Assembly (NCBI GenBank): GCA_022567695.1
Contig: JADFGN010000002.1
Location: 1 to 43,152 of the forward strand
Direction: 5' to 3'
Length of the DNA stretch: 43,152 nt
Origin: Candidatus Poribacteria bacterium
Lineage (GTDB): Bacteria; Poribacteria; WGA-4E; PCPOR2b
In this document: positions 8,563 to 17,514 of the stretch, piece by piece
Layout: each line of letters starts with the position of its first letter
Position numbering within the stretch: position 1 is the first letter of the stretch
Program-made: the position numbers and the translations under genes
Notes under the pieces: model-generated
The model's input: the letters and a program-made list of their open reading frames with translations, nothing else
Databases searched by the model: none
What the model was told of the DNA's origin: nothing

Positions 8563-10491
8563 TCAAATGAAGACCTTGTATGTCCGAATTCCAAACGTCG
8601 GACCGATAATTGCCCAGATGCTGCCGATAACATAATCACCAAGAATTAAGCCTAAAAACAGTGGTGCCAACCGTCGGTGCATCTGAATCCCGCCGTGCCG
8701 CAAAATGATATACTTGAGTAGCCAAGCCACGAAAAACGCAAACCAGAAGTAGTCCATTGCAAAACTAATTGCGAGCGCATATCCAGCAGGATGGAAGGGC
8801 CACCACAGGAGATGCATCCGCATGTACATCATTGCAAAGGTCAACAATGCACCGACTCCCATAAAACCGATTCCTGTCCAATTCGGGTCGGACGGATTGT
8901 GCAACCAACGTTGCAACCGGCTGAAAGATTCCCGGCCAACCCAACCTTTGAATCCACCCGCCTTGGCAATCGCACCATTCCGAAAGGTAATGTCGAGATT
9001 CGCCCAAAAGGTGGATAGAATGCCGACAATAATCGCAATCAGCATCGCCACCCAAAGGCGTCGGTTTCCCATGTGAGTGACTTCTCCCATCTTGAACGCC
9101 TCAATTTGGTTAGGCATTGGGTGGTTCCGGTAGCCTCGATTGAACCAGTAGAACAGAGACACAATCGTTAAACTTGCCGGATCGAATCGCCGGGTCCCAC
9201 CAATCGTCGCCATAATATCGTGAGGGTTGACAAAGTATATTTCATGTGGCGTGCCAAGCTCTGCCCGTACACGGGTAATCGCAAAGGAAAGCATAAAATA
9301 AAGCCCGAAGAAAATCGCCGCGACGGATAGCGCCATTCCCGCCGCTGATACAAACACCCCAAGTCCAATCATCGAACCGAGGATGCCGAGTGCTGCCCAT
9401 CGATACGGCATCGGTTCGTTGGCATCATCAAGTGTTGAATTCATGCCAAGAATTTTTTTCCCGACTTCAATCAGATGGCGACGGGTTACCCACACGGCAA
9501 GGACAAACAGCGTCAGCCATGCACCGGAGGCTTGTTGGTTAAGCGCGGGAAAGTAGCGTGTACCAAATGCCGCGCCGATCACCAATTCGATGAGACGGAC
9601 GACGAAGAAAAACCAGCATGAGAACGAGAGATCGAGCGGAAGGAAGAATGCCAATCCGACGGCAAACGGATACACCGAAATCCGTGTCCATCGAATGACG
9701 TTCCACGGACGTTCTGTCAAGATGTTTTGCCAAATGGGGACTCGCTTGATGTACGGGATTTCGGGAAATTGTGGAAAAAGATAGTGGACTCCATTAATCA
9801 CCCCAATGAAAAAGGCAATTCCGAAACCCAGCCACATTATCCGATCTTTGAGCAGCTTTACGCCGCCGCCTTCAGACAATCCAAGCGGCAATTGAATAAT
9901 TGGATAGGCGAGTTTCTCCTGCTCTGTCCACCGTTTGCGGACAAGGGTGTTGATGCAAAGCATCATAAACATCATCAGAAGAAAGAACAGCCCCCAAAAC
10001 GCGAGCGGTTTTGCCCAGATGTAGAGGTTATGCTGGGTATAAAATGTAGATTCCCCCTCGTAGAATCCCTGTAGACTTTTGCTGTCGGATACTGTCAGCC
10101 AAGTCGGGAGGTATCGGAAGAATAACTCCTGCCATTCATTTTCTGCGGTGGCAAACCAGAAGGGGTGGGCAATACTACCGAACATATTTTGGAAGGTGTC
10201 GTGTCCGGCGAAGGTGCAGGAGATTGACACCATGATGTAGATGATTAACAACTCCACCTGCGTCAACATTGCCTTGGGCGCAAAACGCTTCAAGAGGTAA
10301 TTCGCGAGGACGATAACAAAAAGAATGAAGATAGGTTCAATGAAAAGTGGAAGAGATGAGCCGTCAAGCGAGTAGTATTTAACCTCGACGATTGTCATCC
10401 AGTAAACGTTGATAGGAATTAGTAGGATGCCGAGGAACAGGGAACGCCATGTGACTTGAGAGGAGGGATGGCGGGTTTCGGATTTTTTCAT
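8563..10491 (-). CDS. Polytopic membrane protein, DUF6785/DUF6784 family (putative OPT-like transporter)
   Basis: Many TM helices; W..EKLAYPIIQLP, RVRAELG, WWPFHPAGY, LRHGG and FLGLILGD motifs. Confidence 0.8.
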   Translation of the reverse strand: MKKSETRHPSSQVTWRSLFLGILLIPINVYWMTIVEVKYYSLDGSSLPLFIEPIFILFVIVLANYLLKRFAPKAMLTQVELLIIYIMVSISCTFAGHDTFQNMFGSIAHPFWFATAENEWQELFFRYLPTWLTVSDSKSLQGFYEGESTFYTQHNLYIWAKPLAFWGLFFLLMMFMMLCINTLVRKRWTEQEKLAYPIIQLPLGLSEGGGVKLLKDRIMWLGFGIAFFIGVINGVHYLFPQFPEIPYIKRVPIWQNILTERPWNVIRWTRISVYPFAVGLAFFLPLDLSFSCWFFFVVRLIELVIGAAFGTRYFPALNQQASGAWLTLFVLAVWVTRRHLIEVGKKILGMNSTLDDANEPMPYRWAALGILGSMIGLGVFVSAAGMALSVAAIFFGLYFMLSFAITRVRAELGTPHEIYFVNPHDIMATIGGTRRFDPASLTIVSLFYWFNRGYRNHPMPNQIEAFKMGEVTHMGNRRLWVAMLIAIIVGILSTFWANLDITFRNGAIAKAGGFKGWVGRESFSRLQRWLHNPSDPNWTGIGFMGVGALLTFAMMYMRMHLLWWPFHPAGYALAISFAMDYFWFAFFVAWLLKYIILRHGGIQMHRRLAPLFLGLILGDYVIGSIWAIIGPTFGIRTYKVFI

Positions 10492-10581
10492 TGAAAGGCA
10501 ATATCCTTAACATGGTTTGTGTGTCATGCGTAAAACGTGAAGCAGCGCATGACCTCCATCGATGATTCTTATTTAGCCGAC

Positions 10582-11682
10582 TCATCCCAAACGAAACGGA
10601 TTGAGCGAAATTGATGGGGTCCCGGTCGTAATCAGTTCACTGATGAGTTTGCCCGTGATTGGGGCGAGAAGGATGCCGTTTTTGAAATGTCCTGAAGCAA
10701 CAATCACATTGTGGAAGCCGGGGACTTTTCCAAGATGTGGGCCTCGCTTTGCGTAAGGACGTAGCCCCGACCATGTTTGGACGAACGATTTCTCCGAAAG
10801 TTCAGGGATTATTGCGACGCCAGCTTCGATCATCGACTGTACACCTCCCACCGTCGTTCGCTTGTCATATCCCGCAAATTCGACCGTCGCACCGATTAAG
10901 ATCTTTCCATCAGTCCGGGGAACAAGATAGACATCCAGACCGTCAATGATATGTCGCAATATTGGCGGCATCGCCTCGACCAACACAATCTGTCCACGGG
11001 CGGGTTCAATCGCCAACGAATAGCCGAGAAGCGAGGCAATCTGCCCGGACCAGCACCCGGCAGCGATGACGATGGTATCTCCGTAGATAACTTCGCCATT
11101 GACCTCAACCCCGATGATAGAGTCGTTCTCTCGCCGAAAATCGGTGACTGAGTTTCCAAACACAAATTGTGTGCCCAACATCCCCGCCCCTTTTGCTAGG
11201 GCTTTGACTAATTTCGGGTTACGGACATGGGCATCGTGAGGAAATCTAATCCCACCGATAACTGATTCTGATAGGGCTGGCTCTAATTCTCGCGCCTGCG
11301 CCGCTGTTAAAACTTCCGCTGAAAAGCCTCGATCGACACGTCTCTCTGCCAAGCCGATCAATCCACGCCTTTCCTCTTCACTGAAAAATACCGAAATTGC
11401 ACCGGATTGGATGAACTCAATATCAATGAGTGTTTGCGCTTTCAACTCTTCTGCCAATGAGGGATACAGCGAAAGGCTTGCCCGACAAAGCTCTGGATAC
11501 GGTTCTCGCGTTGAGGCATGAGATGCCAAGATTCCGGCACCCGCCCATGACGCCTCCCGCCCGACGCTGTCCGCTTTGTCGATAACCAGTGTTTTGACTT
11601 GTGCTTTGGCGAGGTTGTAGGCAATCGCGCAACCGATTATGCCGCCCCCAATGATGATGACGTCTGCGTTATTTTTGGTCAA
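10582..11682 (-). CDS. thiO: Glycine oxidase ThiO-like FAD-dependent oxidoreductase
   Basis: GGGIIG FAD motif, ASWAGAGIL, PARGQ, WSGLRP and GHFKNGILLAP; start overlaps the upstream asparaginase gene. Confidence 0.8.
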   Translation of the reverse strand: MTKNNADVIIIGGGIIGCAIAYNLAKAQVKTLVIDKADSVGREASWAGAGILASHASTREPYPELCRASLSLYPSLAEELKAQTLIDIEFIQSGAISVFFSEEERRGLIGLAERRVDRGFSAEVLTAAQARELEPALSESVIGGIRFPHDAHVRNPKLVKALAKGAGMLGTQFVFGNSVTDFRRENDSIIGVEVNGEVIYGDTIVIAAGCWSGQIASLLGYSLAIEPARGQIVLVEAMPPILRHIIDGLDVYLVPRTDGKILIGATVEFAGYDKRTTVGGVQSMIEAGVAIIPELSEKSFVQTWSGLRPYAKRGPHLGKVPGFHNVIVASGHFKNGILLAPITGKLISELITTGTPSISLNPFRLG

Positions 11683-12595
11683 GATTTCCCCCTTTAGTGT
11701 TTCTCACTTCACTGTTTTGCGGTGTCCAGATTGCATACGGAAAATTGGGTTGCGTTGAGGCGGCACCGAATTCAGCTCGTCTATTCAATGCAACCAATGC
11801 AATTGACACTTTTCGATTTTGAGGTTTTTTATCCAAAATACGTCCGATCGTTTTCCGGCAAGCGTCCATCGGAGAATATCCGTTTCGCATATATTCAACC
11901 GTAAGGAAACATGGGCAAAACTTCAAGATTTCTTCGCCAAGCCCTGTCGCGGCGGCACCACCGACATCGTTATCCATGTAAAGCCCGGAGCCGATTAACG
12001 GAGAATCACCAACGCGACCGGGGTGCTTATATCCCAATCCGCTCGTCGAGCAACCGGATGCCATGTTCCCCTGTTCATCTAGCGTCACCAATCCGATCGT
12101 GTCGTGGGTCGTTAAATCAACACCACTGCTCTTTTCCAGCCACGCTTTCCACTTTGCTTTGCTCTCATCCGTGAGCAGGTGTTCAATCTGAAAGCCGTGT
12201 GTAATAGCGAACGCGAGTGCGCCATCCCCAACAAGCATCGCGTGATCGCTGGCTTCCATCACGCGCCGTGCAACCGAGATTGGACACTTGATGTGCTTTA
12301 ATCCTGCGACACTGCCTGCGTCGTGCGTTTTGCCATCCATAATCGCGGCATCCACCTCAACGATACCATCGGCGTTGGGCAATCCGCCGTAACCCACGCT
12401 ACATTCACTCGCATCTAATTCTATAACGTTGATTCCTTTTTCGACGGCATCAAGCGCACTTCCCCCTTCGATCAAAATCTGCCCTGACGTTTCAACCGCA
12501 GTTTTTCCGAAATTCCATGTCGCAATCGCCGCAGGTCCCCTCGCAATCCTTTGACTGTCGCGACCTAATCCGGACTCAATTTGTGATTCTGTCAT
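11669..12595 (-). CDS. N(4)-(beta-N-acetylglucosaminyl)-L-asparaginase (glycosylasparaginase, Ntn hydrolase)
   Basis: IATWNFG, SVGYGGLP, HDTIG autocleavage site and GRVGDSP. Start could be ATG 12595 or TTG 12607. Confidence 0.9.
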   Translation of the reverse strand: MTESQIESGLGRDSQRIARGPAAIATWNFGKTAVETSGQILIEGGSALDAVEKGINVIELDASECSVGYGGLPNADGIVEVDAAIMDGKTHDAGSVAGLKHIKCPISVARRVMEASDHAMLVGDGALAFAITHGFQIEHLLTDESKAKWKAWLEKSSGVDLTTHDTIGLVTLDEQGNMASGCSTSGLGYKHPGRVGDSPLIGSGLYMDNDVGGAAATGLGEEILKFCPCFLTVEYMRNGYSPMDACRKTIGRILDKKPQNRKVSIALVALNRRAEFGAASTQPNFPYAIWTPQNSEVRNTKGGNLDQK

Positions 12596-12697
12596 ATGCT
12601 CTACCAAGCTCCTATCGTGGCGTTGTTAGTGGCCCGGAACGCAACGCCTGAAGTATGCTCCACGGACCGTAAATGAATTCTGAGGTTGTTGAAATTT

Positions 12698-12726
12698 AGC
12701 ATAGCACGATCTGTGCAAACTGTCAA
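12698..12726 (-). promoter_or_regulatory. Sigma70-type promoter for the asparaginase-thiO-DUF6785 block
   Basis: Minus strand TTGACA-N17-TATGCT with an extended TGn. Confidence 0.65.
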
Positions 12727-12770
12727 TAGAGTTAAATTTCTAAAATAACCCAATGTCGGTAAATGGGCAA

Positions 12771-12800
12771 TTGACATGTGGAAGTAAAATTCTGTATAAT
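12771..12800 (+). promoter_or_regulatory. Consensus sigma70 promoter, divergent from the previous one
   Basis: TTGACA (12771-12776), N18, TATAAT (12795-12800). Confidence 0.7.
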
Positions 12801-12839
12801 TTCTCTGAGAATGGAGATAAACTGTAAGTCGAAAAATCG

Positions 12840-12995
12840 TAACTAAATTTCAAAAAGAACCTATACATTTCAGATTCCCACTGAGAGCACTGAGAAAACA
12901 CAGGGAAAACTCTGTGCTCCTCTGTGTTCTCTGCGTCTCTGTGGTGAAATGTTATGGTCTTTAGAAATGTAAAGTTTAATACCCAAAATTAGTTA
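12840..12995. repeat. Nested inverted-repeat element containing CAGAG/CTCTG short units
   Basis: Outer IR TAACTAAATTT / AAAATTAGTTA (1 mismatch); inner IR CTATACATTTC / GAAATGTAAAG (1 mismatch). Core CTCTGTGCTCCTCTGTGTTCTCTGCGTCTCTGTGGTGAAA matches the reverse complement of the element at 33675. Confidence 0.7.
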
Positions 12996-12996
12996 A

Positions 12997-13145
12997 CTAA
13001 TTTTCACAAACAAACTACCGATTTCCTGTCATTCCTTCGCTGCGCTCGAGGACAGGCCTGAGTGGAGCGAAGAGTCTCGACTCTCTAGATTCTTCCCAGA
13101 TTCTTCGCAAAGCCTCAGAATGACAGCTTTAATCCTGAAAATTAG
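12997..13145. repeat. Nested inverted-repeat element with a TGTCATTC...GAATGACA palindromic core
   Basis: Outer IR CTAATTTTCA (12997-13006) / TGAAAATTAG (13136-13145); IR CTGTCATTC (13026-13034) / GAATGACAG (13118-13126); inner CTTCGCT / AGCGAAG. Confidence 0.7.
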
Positions 13146-13214
13146 CAAAGCAATTTTCTGGGCTTTAAGCCACTATCTAAATTGGAATTTTTCTCAAAGG
13201 AAGGGGAAGCCAAT

Positions 13215-14303
13215 ATGCGTTTTCGAGTTTTTTCTTATTTTGGCATTGGGATTTTATTGATTACGGTGACGGTTGGTTGTCAAAGCAAAACTTTTCAGAG
13301 CCATCTGTTGGAGCCACCACCAGAGCTGATTAACTTTGCCTTGTTGAGCAAAGGTGCAACGGCTGAAGCTTCACAGTCCGTTGAAAATCATCTTCCAGAG
13401 GAGGTCATTGATGGAGATACCTCCTCGGATACATGGGCTGAGGGAAGTGGTTGGGGGTGCAGCTTGGAACACCTGCGTACATCAGACCTGAATAAACGAC
13501 CTTACCTGCAGGTTAATCTCGCTCAGCGGGTTGACATCCGGCGAATTGTTATGCACACAATCAATTCTGAGGAATTCCCTGCGGCGAAATATGGCTTGAA
13601 GGATTATCGAATTGAATACTGGCACGGCACAGGGTGGGAGCAGATTCTAACCGGAAATATGGTCGATAGACAGTACACTGCAAGAGACAATACCAAGGGA
13701 GTGCGGACTCACGATATCCAAGGGCGATTGGTCGCACAGAAGATTCGGCTTGTCCCGGTTTCGTCCAATGATACACATCGCCAGTATCAATATATGGGAG
13801 GTAGACGTCCCGTCTATGAAGTCGAGGGAATCGCGCGGGTAATGGAATTGGAAGTATGGGGATACCCCGTTGCCACGAGTCAGACGGCGAAAAAACTGGC
13901 TCAAGCTATCGCGCTGCAAGTTGAGCAGGGCGAGGTTGAGATGGAGAAGAGCGAGAAACAAAAAATTGAAGCGGTGTTGACGCAATATGAAGCGGGATAC
14001 GATACTGCTAATCTTGAACAGGTCATGTCCGCTTTTTCAAAGACTTACTCGGCGAACGGCCGGATGTATGATGATATTTACGCCAAAGCCTCTTCTTTCT
14101 TCAATCAGTACGATCAGATTAATATGACGCTGGCAAACATCACGATTCGTCAAAACATAATCGACGATACTGCTGTTGTCACATGCTTCTACACGCTTCA
14201 GTATACCCCGAAAGAAAATGGCAAGGCTCAACAGAATTCTGGCAACATTTCATTTGTTCTGGTAAATGAAGCGGATGCATGGAGAATTGTCAGTGCCAAT
14301 TGA
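13215..14303 (+). CDS. Lipoprotein with discoidin (F5/8 type C)-like domain and C-terminal NTF2/SnoaL-like domain
   Basis: Lipobox TVGC; INFALLSKGATAEAS, IDGD, and ARVMELEVWG discoidin pattern; C-terminal IEAVLTQYEAGY...WRIVS NTF2 pattern. Confidence 0.75.
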   Translation: MRFRVFSYFGIGILLITVTVGCQSKTFQSHLLEPPPELINFALLSKGATAEASQSVENHLPEEVIDGDTSSDTWAEGSGWGCSLEHLRTSDLNKRPYLQVNLAQRVDIRRIVMHTINSEEFPAAKYGLKDYRIEYWHGTGWEQILTGNMVDRQYTARDNTKGVRTHDIQGRLVAQKIRLVPVSSNDTHRQYQYMGGRRPVYEVEGIARVMELEVWGYPVATSQTAKKLAQAIALQVEQGEVEMEKSEKQKIEAVLTQYEAGYDTANLEQVMSAFSKTYSANGRMYDDIYAKASSFFNQYDQINMTLANITIRQNIIDDTAVVTCFYTLQYTPKENGKAQQNSGNISFVLVNEADAWRIVSAN

Positions 14304-14312
14304 AACATGGTC

Positions 14313-14340
14313 ATAGGGCGAGGTATGCCTCGCCCCTACT
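14313..14340. repeat. Second GTAG-type REP-like palindrome (ATAGGGCGAGGTATGCCTCGCCCCTACT)
   Basis: Slightly degenerate copy of 367-396, again between convergent genes. Confidence 0.8.
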
Positions 14341-16024
14341 TCACAATAGCTGGAGCAATCACTGAAGCGATCTTTCCGAGCACCTCAACCATCTCCTCGG
14401 ATGCGATACCAACTTTGAACCATGCTTCGTTTCCCTTGACGGAGATCGAGGCAAACAAAGGCTCTATCCCCTGAATCTGCTGAATAAGGTGCGGTGAAAT
14501 TTGAACGCTGTCCTCTCCAGATGCCATGAGGGTTGGCAGAAATTTGTCCAGTTTGAGTTGTAAAATTAAAATTGGGTCGGCGGGTAATGCGTTGAGACGT
14601 TTTTTGAAGCCTTTAACCGCTGGGCCGGTCAAAGCGTTATCAACGACGGATTCAAATCGTTCCTCGGAAAAACTGACCAGAAACAGGTTCTTTACCTCAC
14701 CATAGTTGATCGTTACCGTTGGGTTCTCTGGTGGTAAGGACAGTTGATGCAAAGTTGTCCCATTGTAATCATACTGTTGAATCGAAAGATTAGCTAAATT
14801 TTGAATGCTATCGAGGAAGGTATGCCATTTCGCTGGGTTTTTGAGTTCTGCGACAATGGCGGCATCGATTTCATAGAAGAGATCTATAGGCGTGTCTATC
14901 GATTCTATTTTGTCACCGAAATTGCCCCATAGAGCAATCTCGCCCGTCAGCGCACCAACAATATCGTTTTCAATATCCAGATTGAGAAATCTTTCGGCCG
15001 CCGCCACACCGTCGTAGAATCCACCGGAGCTATCCGCCCCCGTTGCAATTGTCTCGATGAATTTCCAAATCGCCTTTGAATTTGGTGGCGCGATTGCAAT
15101 AAAGAAATCTTCTTCTCCGGACAATCCTTCAATGGATTGCAGCGGCTGACCTTCCTGTAAAAGGATGCCGAGAATGCCGCTTCGTCCCTCCGGCTTTACC
15201 TGTGCGTACAGTTGTACTCCGCCATCCACGTCCAGCAGATCTAAACTGAATACGAGCGTTTGCAGGGAATCTAAACCGAAAATATCGAATTCATGCCGTT
15301 CTTTTTCGTCCATATCCGCTGTGACGAGAGGTAAAGCACCCTCTCCATTAATATATGCAAAAACCTGTCCGCCGCCAAATTCTTTTTGGATTTGCTGAAA
15401 TTGGTCGTTAAGCCTTATCGATTCCCGCTTCTTTCTATAAGTATCGATCATCACTTCAAAACTGCCGGGAGTAAAACCAATCACGAAGAGGTCACCAATA
15501 AATGCGTAAGTCAGCAAAACCTCGTCAATTTGTACTGTACTATATTCAATCTTCCGGTATTTCCCAGCTTGAGGTCGGACATCGTTGCCTTCATCCATAC
15601 CAGCCAGTTGGGTCAGTCCCGTAACGATACGTTCCACCTCACGAATTGCACCGCCGGTATTGACAACCACCCCGATCATCGGCTCCGGGTCACCGGGAAG
15701 TAGCATCAAGGCAATTTGATGACCAAACGCTTCGACTAAACCGGGGACATCTATACCGAGCATCAGATTGAGCATCTGCATACCTTCATTCAACTCATCT
15801 ATTTTCGACTTAACCGACGGTTCATTGAAAACCCCTTTCCAGTTTTCGGACTCCTCAATTGTTCCCCATACATCGTCTAGGTCACGCAGTGTGACATAAA
15901 CAATGCTATCCTTTGGGATAAGTTCCTCGATTTTCGCGGCATTGGTAGGAAAAGCGACCAATAATACGATGATGTTTGACAATATCAACGCTGGTAACCA
16001 TGTACGATTGAGCTGTTTGCGCAT
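14336..16024 (-). CDS. Exported DUF3352-like protein
   Basis: Signal peptide ending TNA-A; LIPKDSIVYV and LDIENDIVGALTGEIAL motifs; ATG 16024 with AAGGA RBS. Confidence 0.7.
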   Translation of the reverse strand: MRKQLNRTWLPALILSNIIVLLVAFPTNAAKIEELIPKDSIVYVTLRDLDDVWGTIEESENWKGVFNEPSVKSKIDELNEGMQMLNLMLGIDVPGLVEAFGHQIALMLLPGDPEPMIGVVVNTGGAIREVERIVTGLTQLAGMDEGNDVRPQAGKYRKIEYSTVQIDEVLLTYAFIGDLFVIGFTPGSFEVMIDTYRKKRESIRLNDQFQQIQKEFGGGQVFAYINGEGALPLVTADMDEKERHEFDIFGLDSLQTLVFSLDLLDVDGGVQLYAQVKPEGRSGILGILLQEGQPLQSIEGLSGEEDFFIAIAPPNSKAIWKFIETIATGADSSGGFYDGVAAAERFLNLDIENDIVGALTGEIALWGNFGDKIESIDTPIDLFYEIDAAIVAELKNPAKWHTFLDSIQNLANLSIQQYDYNGTTLHQLSLPPENPTVTINYGEVKNLFLVSFSEERFESVVDNALTGPAVKGFKKRLNALPADPILILQLKLDKFLPTLMASGEDSVQISPHLIQQIQGIEPLFASISVKGNEAWFKVGIASEEMVEVLGKIASVIAPAIVK

Positions 16025-16253
16025 TGGAGATATTCCTTTCCTCAATGAGAATTCAGGGCTTCCAAAGTTTCTATAATTGATATCTTGATTGCACAGAAAT
16101 TTACAATCAAACCGCCAAATGAGCCGATTTTATCCTATCGTGTCCCCGTTTGCATCCATCGACAACATTCGTGAAATTCCCGGCTTCGGATCGTTCCATT
16201 TGCAGATTTGTCCATTTGCCCATTTGTAAATTTCTATTGATTGCAGTTTCTTT

Positions 16254-16282
16254 TTGACTTTCTGGCCTATTTTTGATAAAAT
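16254..16282 (+). promoter_or_regulatory. Sigma70-type promoter for the STAS/anti-sigma pair
   Basis: TTGACT-N17-TAAAAT with an extended TGn. Confidence 0.6.
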
Positions 16283-16353
16283 TTATCCAAAGGAAACAGA
16301 TGCGATTTTTATTCAATTTCAAACTCAAATTCAAGCATGAGAGGTAAATTCTT

Positions 16354-16698
16354 ATGGCATCGAAGGAAACCATGACTCTTCGCGAAAGTGCTGATGTCAA
16401 AATTGTTGACATAAATGAAGATCTCGGGAGTTATGCTGCTTCTGATTTACGAAACACCCTCGAAGAACTTGTGAGTCAAAGAGCTCAACAGATCGTTGTG
16501 AATCTCAGCAGTGTTCAGCATATCAACAGCACAGCCGTTGGGGCCTTGGTTGGCGTCGCAAAACGACTTCGTCAAAAAAATGGAGATCTCAAAGTTTACG
16601 GTCTCGCGGATAATATCAAACGAACTTTTGATCTGATAGGGGCATCGAGCGTTGTTGAAATCTATGAATCTGAAGACAGCGCTGTCTCCGCTTTTTAA
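16354..16698 (+). CDS. STAS-domain anti-sigma factor antagonist (RsbV/SpoIIAA-like)
   Basis: IVVNLSSVQHINSTAVGALV contains the phosphorylatable Ser; GAGG RBS. Confidence 0.9.
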   Translation: MASKETMTLRESADVKIVDINEDLGSYAASDLRNTLEELVSQRAQQIVVNLSSVQHINSTAVGALVGVAKRLRQKNGDLKVYGLADNIKRTFDLIGASSVVEIYESEDSAVSAF

Positions 16699-16739
16699 GT
16701 CTGTAACTCTTAACCCACCGATCTTTTGTTCCTGCCAAA

Positions 16740-16769
16740 GTAAGCGTTTAAGAGGGGGTGAACGCTTAC
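16740..16769. other. Intergenic stem-loop
   Basis: GTAAGCGTT / AACGCTTAC 9-bp IR with a 12-nt loop; no U-tract. Confidence 0.4.
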
Positions 16770-16970
16770 CTGTCCTTACTGTGCTTGCCTTTATGGTCTG
16801 CGTCAAGCTAAACTGAAAACGGAACAGATTACCAAATAACTAATGGATTCATTGACGGGGTAGAGCGTGTTGTAGTTCGCCTAAAGCGGCTGAAGTTATC
16901 TGCTTGAACAATTGATTTTGCAACTGTCCAAGCATCCATTACAACGATTTTGCCATACCAAAAGGTGAAA

Positions 16971-17417
16971 ATGGAGCGCAAACGTATCGAACTTAATTTC
17001 CCCAGTCAGATGTGGTATGTTCCACCAGCCCTTGCATTTATCAAGGAGTTGTCTCAACAGCTTGGTTTCTCCAAAAAGCGCATCGAGGACATTCAACTCA
17101 CCATTGATGAGATCTGTAGCAATGCGATCGAACACGGTTCTGAAACTGCCGCTTCAGGAATCGATCTCATCATCATTTTGGATGTGAATCAGTTAGACAT
17201 CCTCGTGCGAGACAGAGGAACAAAGCAGAAGAAATATTTGACTGCCGAAAGACTTGACGAAATCCATCGAGAGCGGGTATCTGGTCAGGAAGGAGGGCAT
17301 GGTATCTACATTGCCAAGAACCTATCAGATCAGCTGGAAATCCAACCTAATTCTCTCGGTGGCACTGATGTCCGAGTGGTTTTTCGCCTTAGCACCAATC
17401 TGCCACCATGTGGGTAA
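16971..17417 (+). CDS. Anti-sigma factor / Ser kinase (RsbW/SpoIIAB-like HATPase)
   Basis: IDEICSNAIEHG N-box, VRDRG G1 box, EGGHGIYI G2 box; AAGGTG RBS before ATG 16971. Confidence 0.88.
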   Translation: MERKRIELNFPSQMWYVPPALAFIKELSQQLGFSKKRIEDIQLTIDEICSNAIEHGSETAASGIDLIIILDVNQLDILVRDRGTKQKKYLTAERLDEIHRERVSGQEGGHGIYIAKNLSDQLEIQPNSLGGTDVRVVFRLSTNLPPCG

Positions 17418-17514
17418 GGCAGTCGGCCGAGATTCTTGTCTCGACGCCAAAAGTTGCCCCAGTGAAGATCGAACGCATTGTGGAAAATCGACGTATCGGT
17501 CACACCATTTTGCC

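Noticed and set aside
12608-12700. TPP riboswitch ahead of the thiO-containing block
   Set aside because: No CUGAGA / CUGAU...AAUAC/GCGxAGG core on the minus strand.
12879-12950. CAGAG/CTCTG units as a CRISPR array
   Set aside because: Units are about 9 bp, degenerate and lack unique spacers; no cas genes in the window.
16196-16232. Repeated (C)ATTTG motifs as an iteron or origin
   Set aside because: Too short and irregular; no replication genes nearby.
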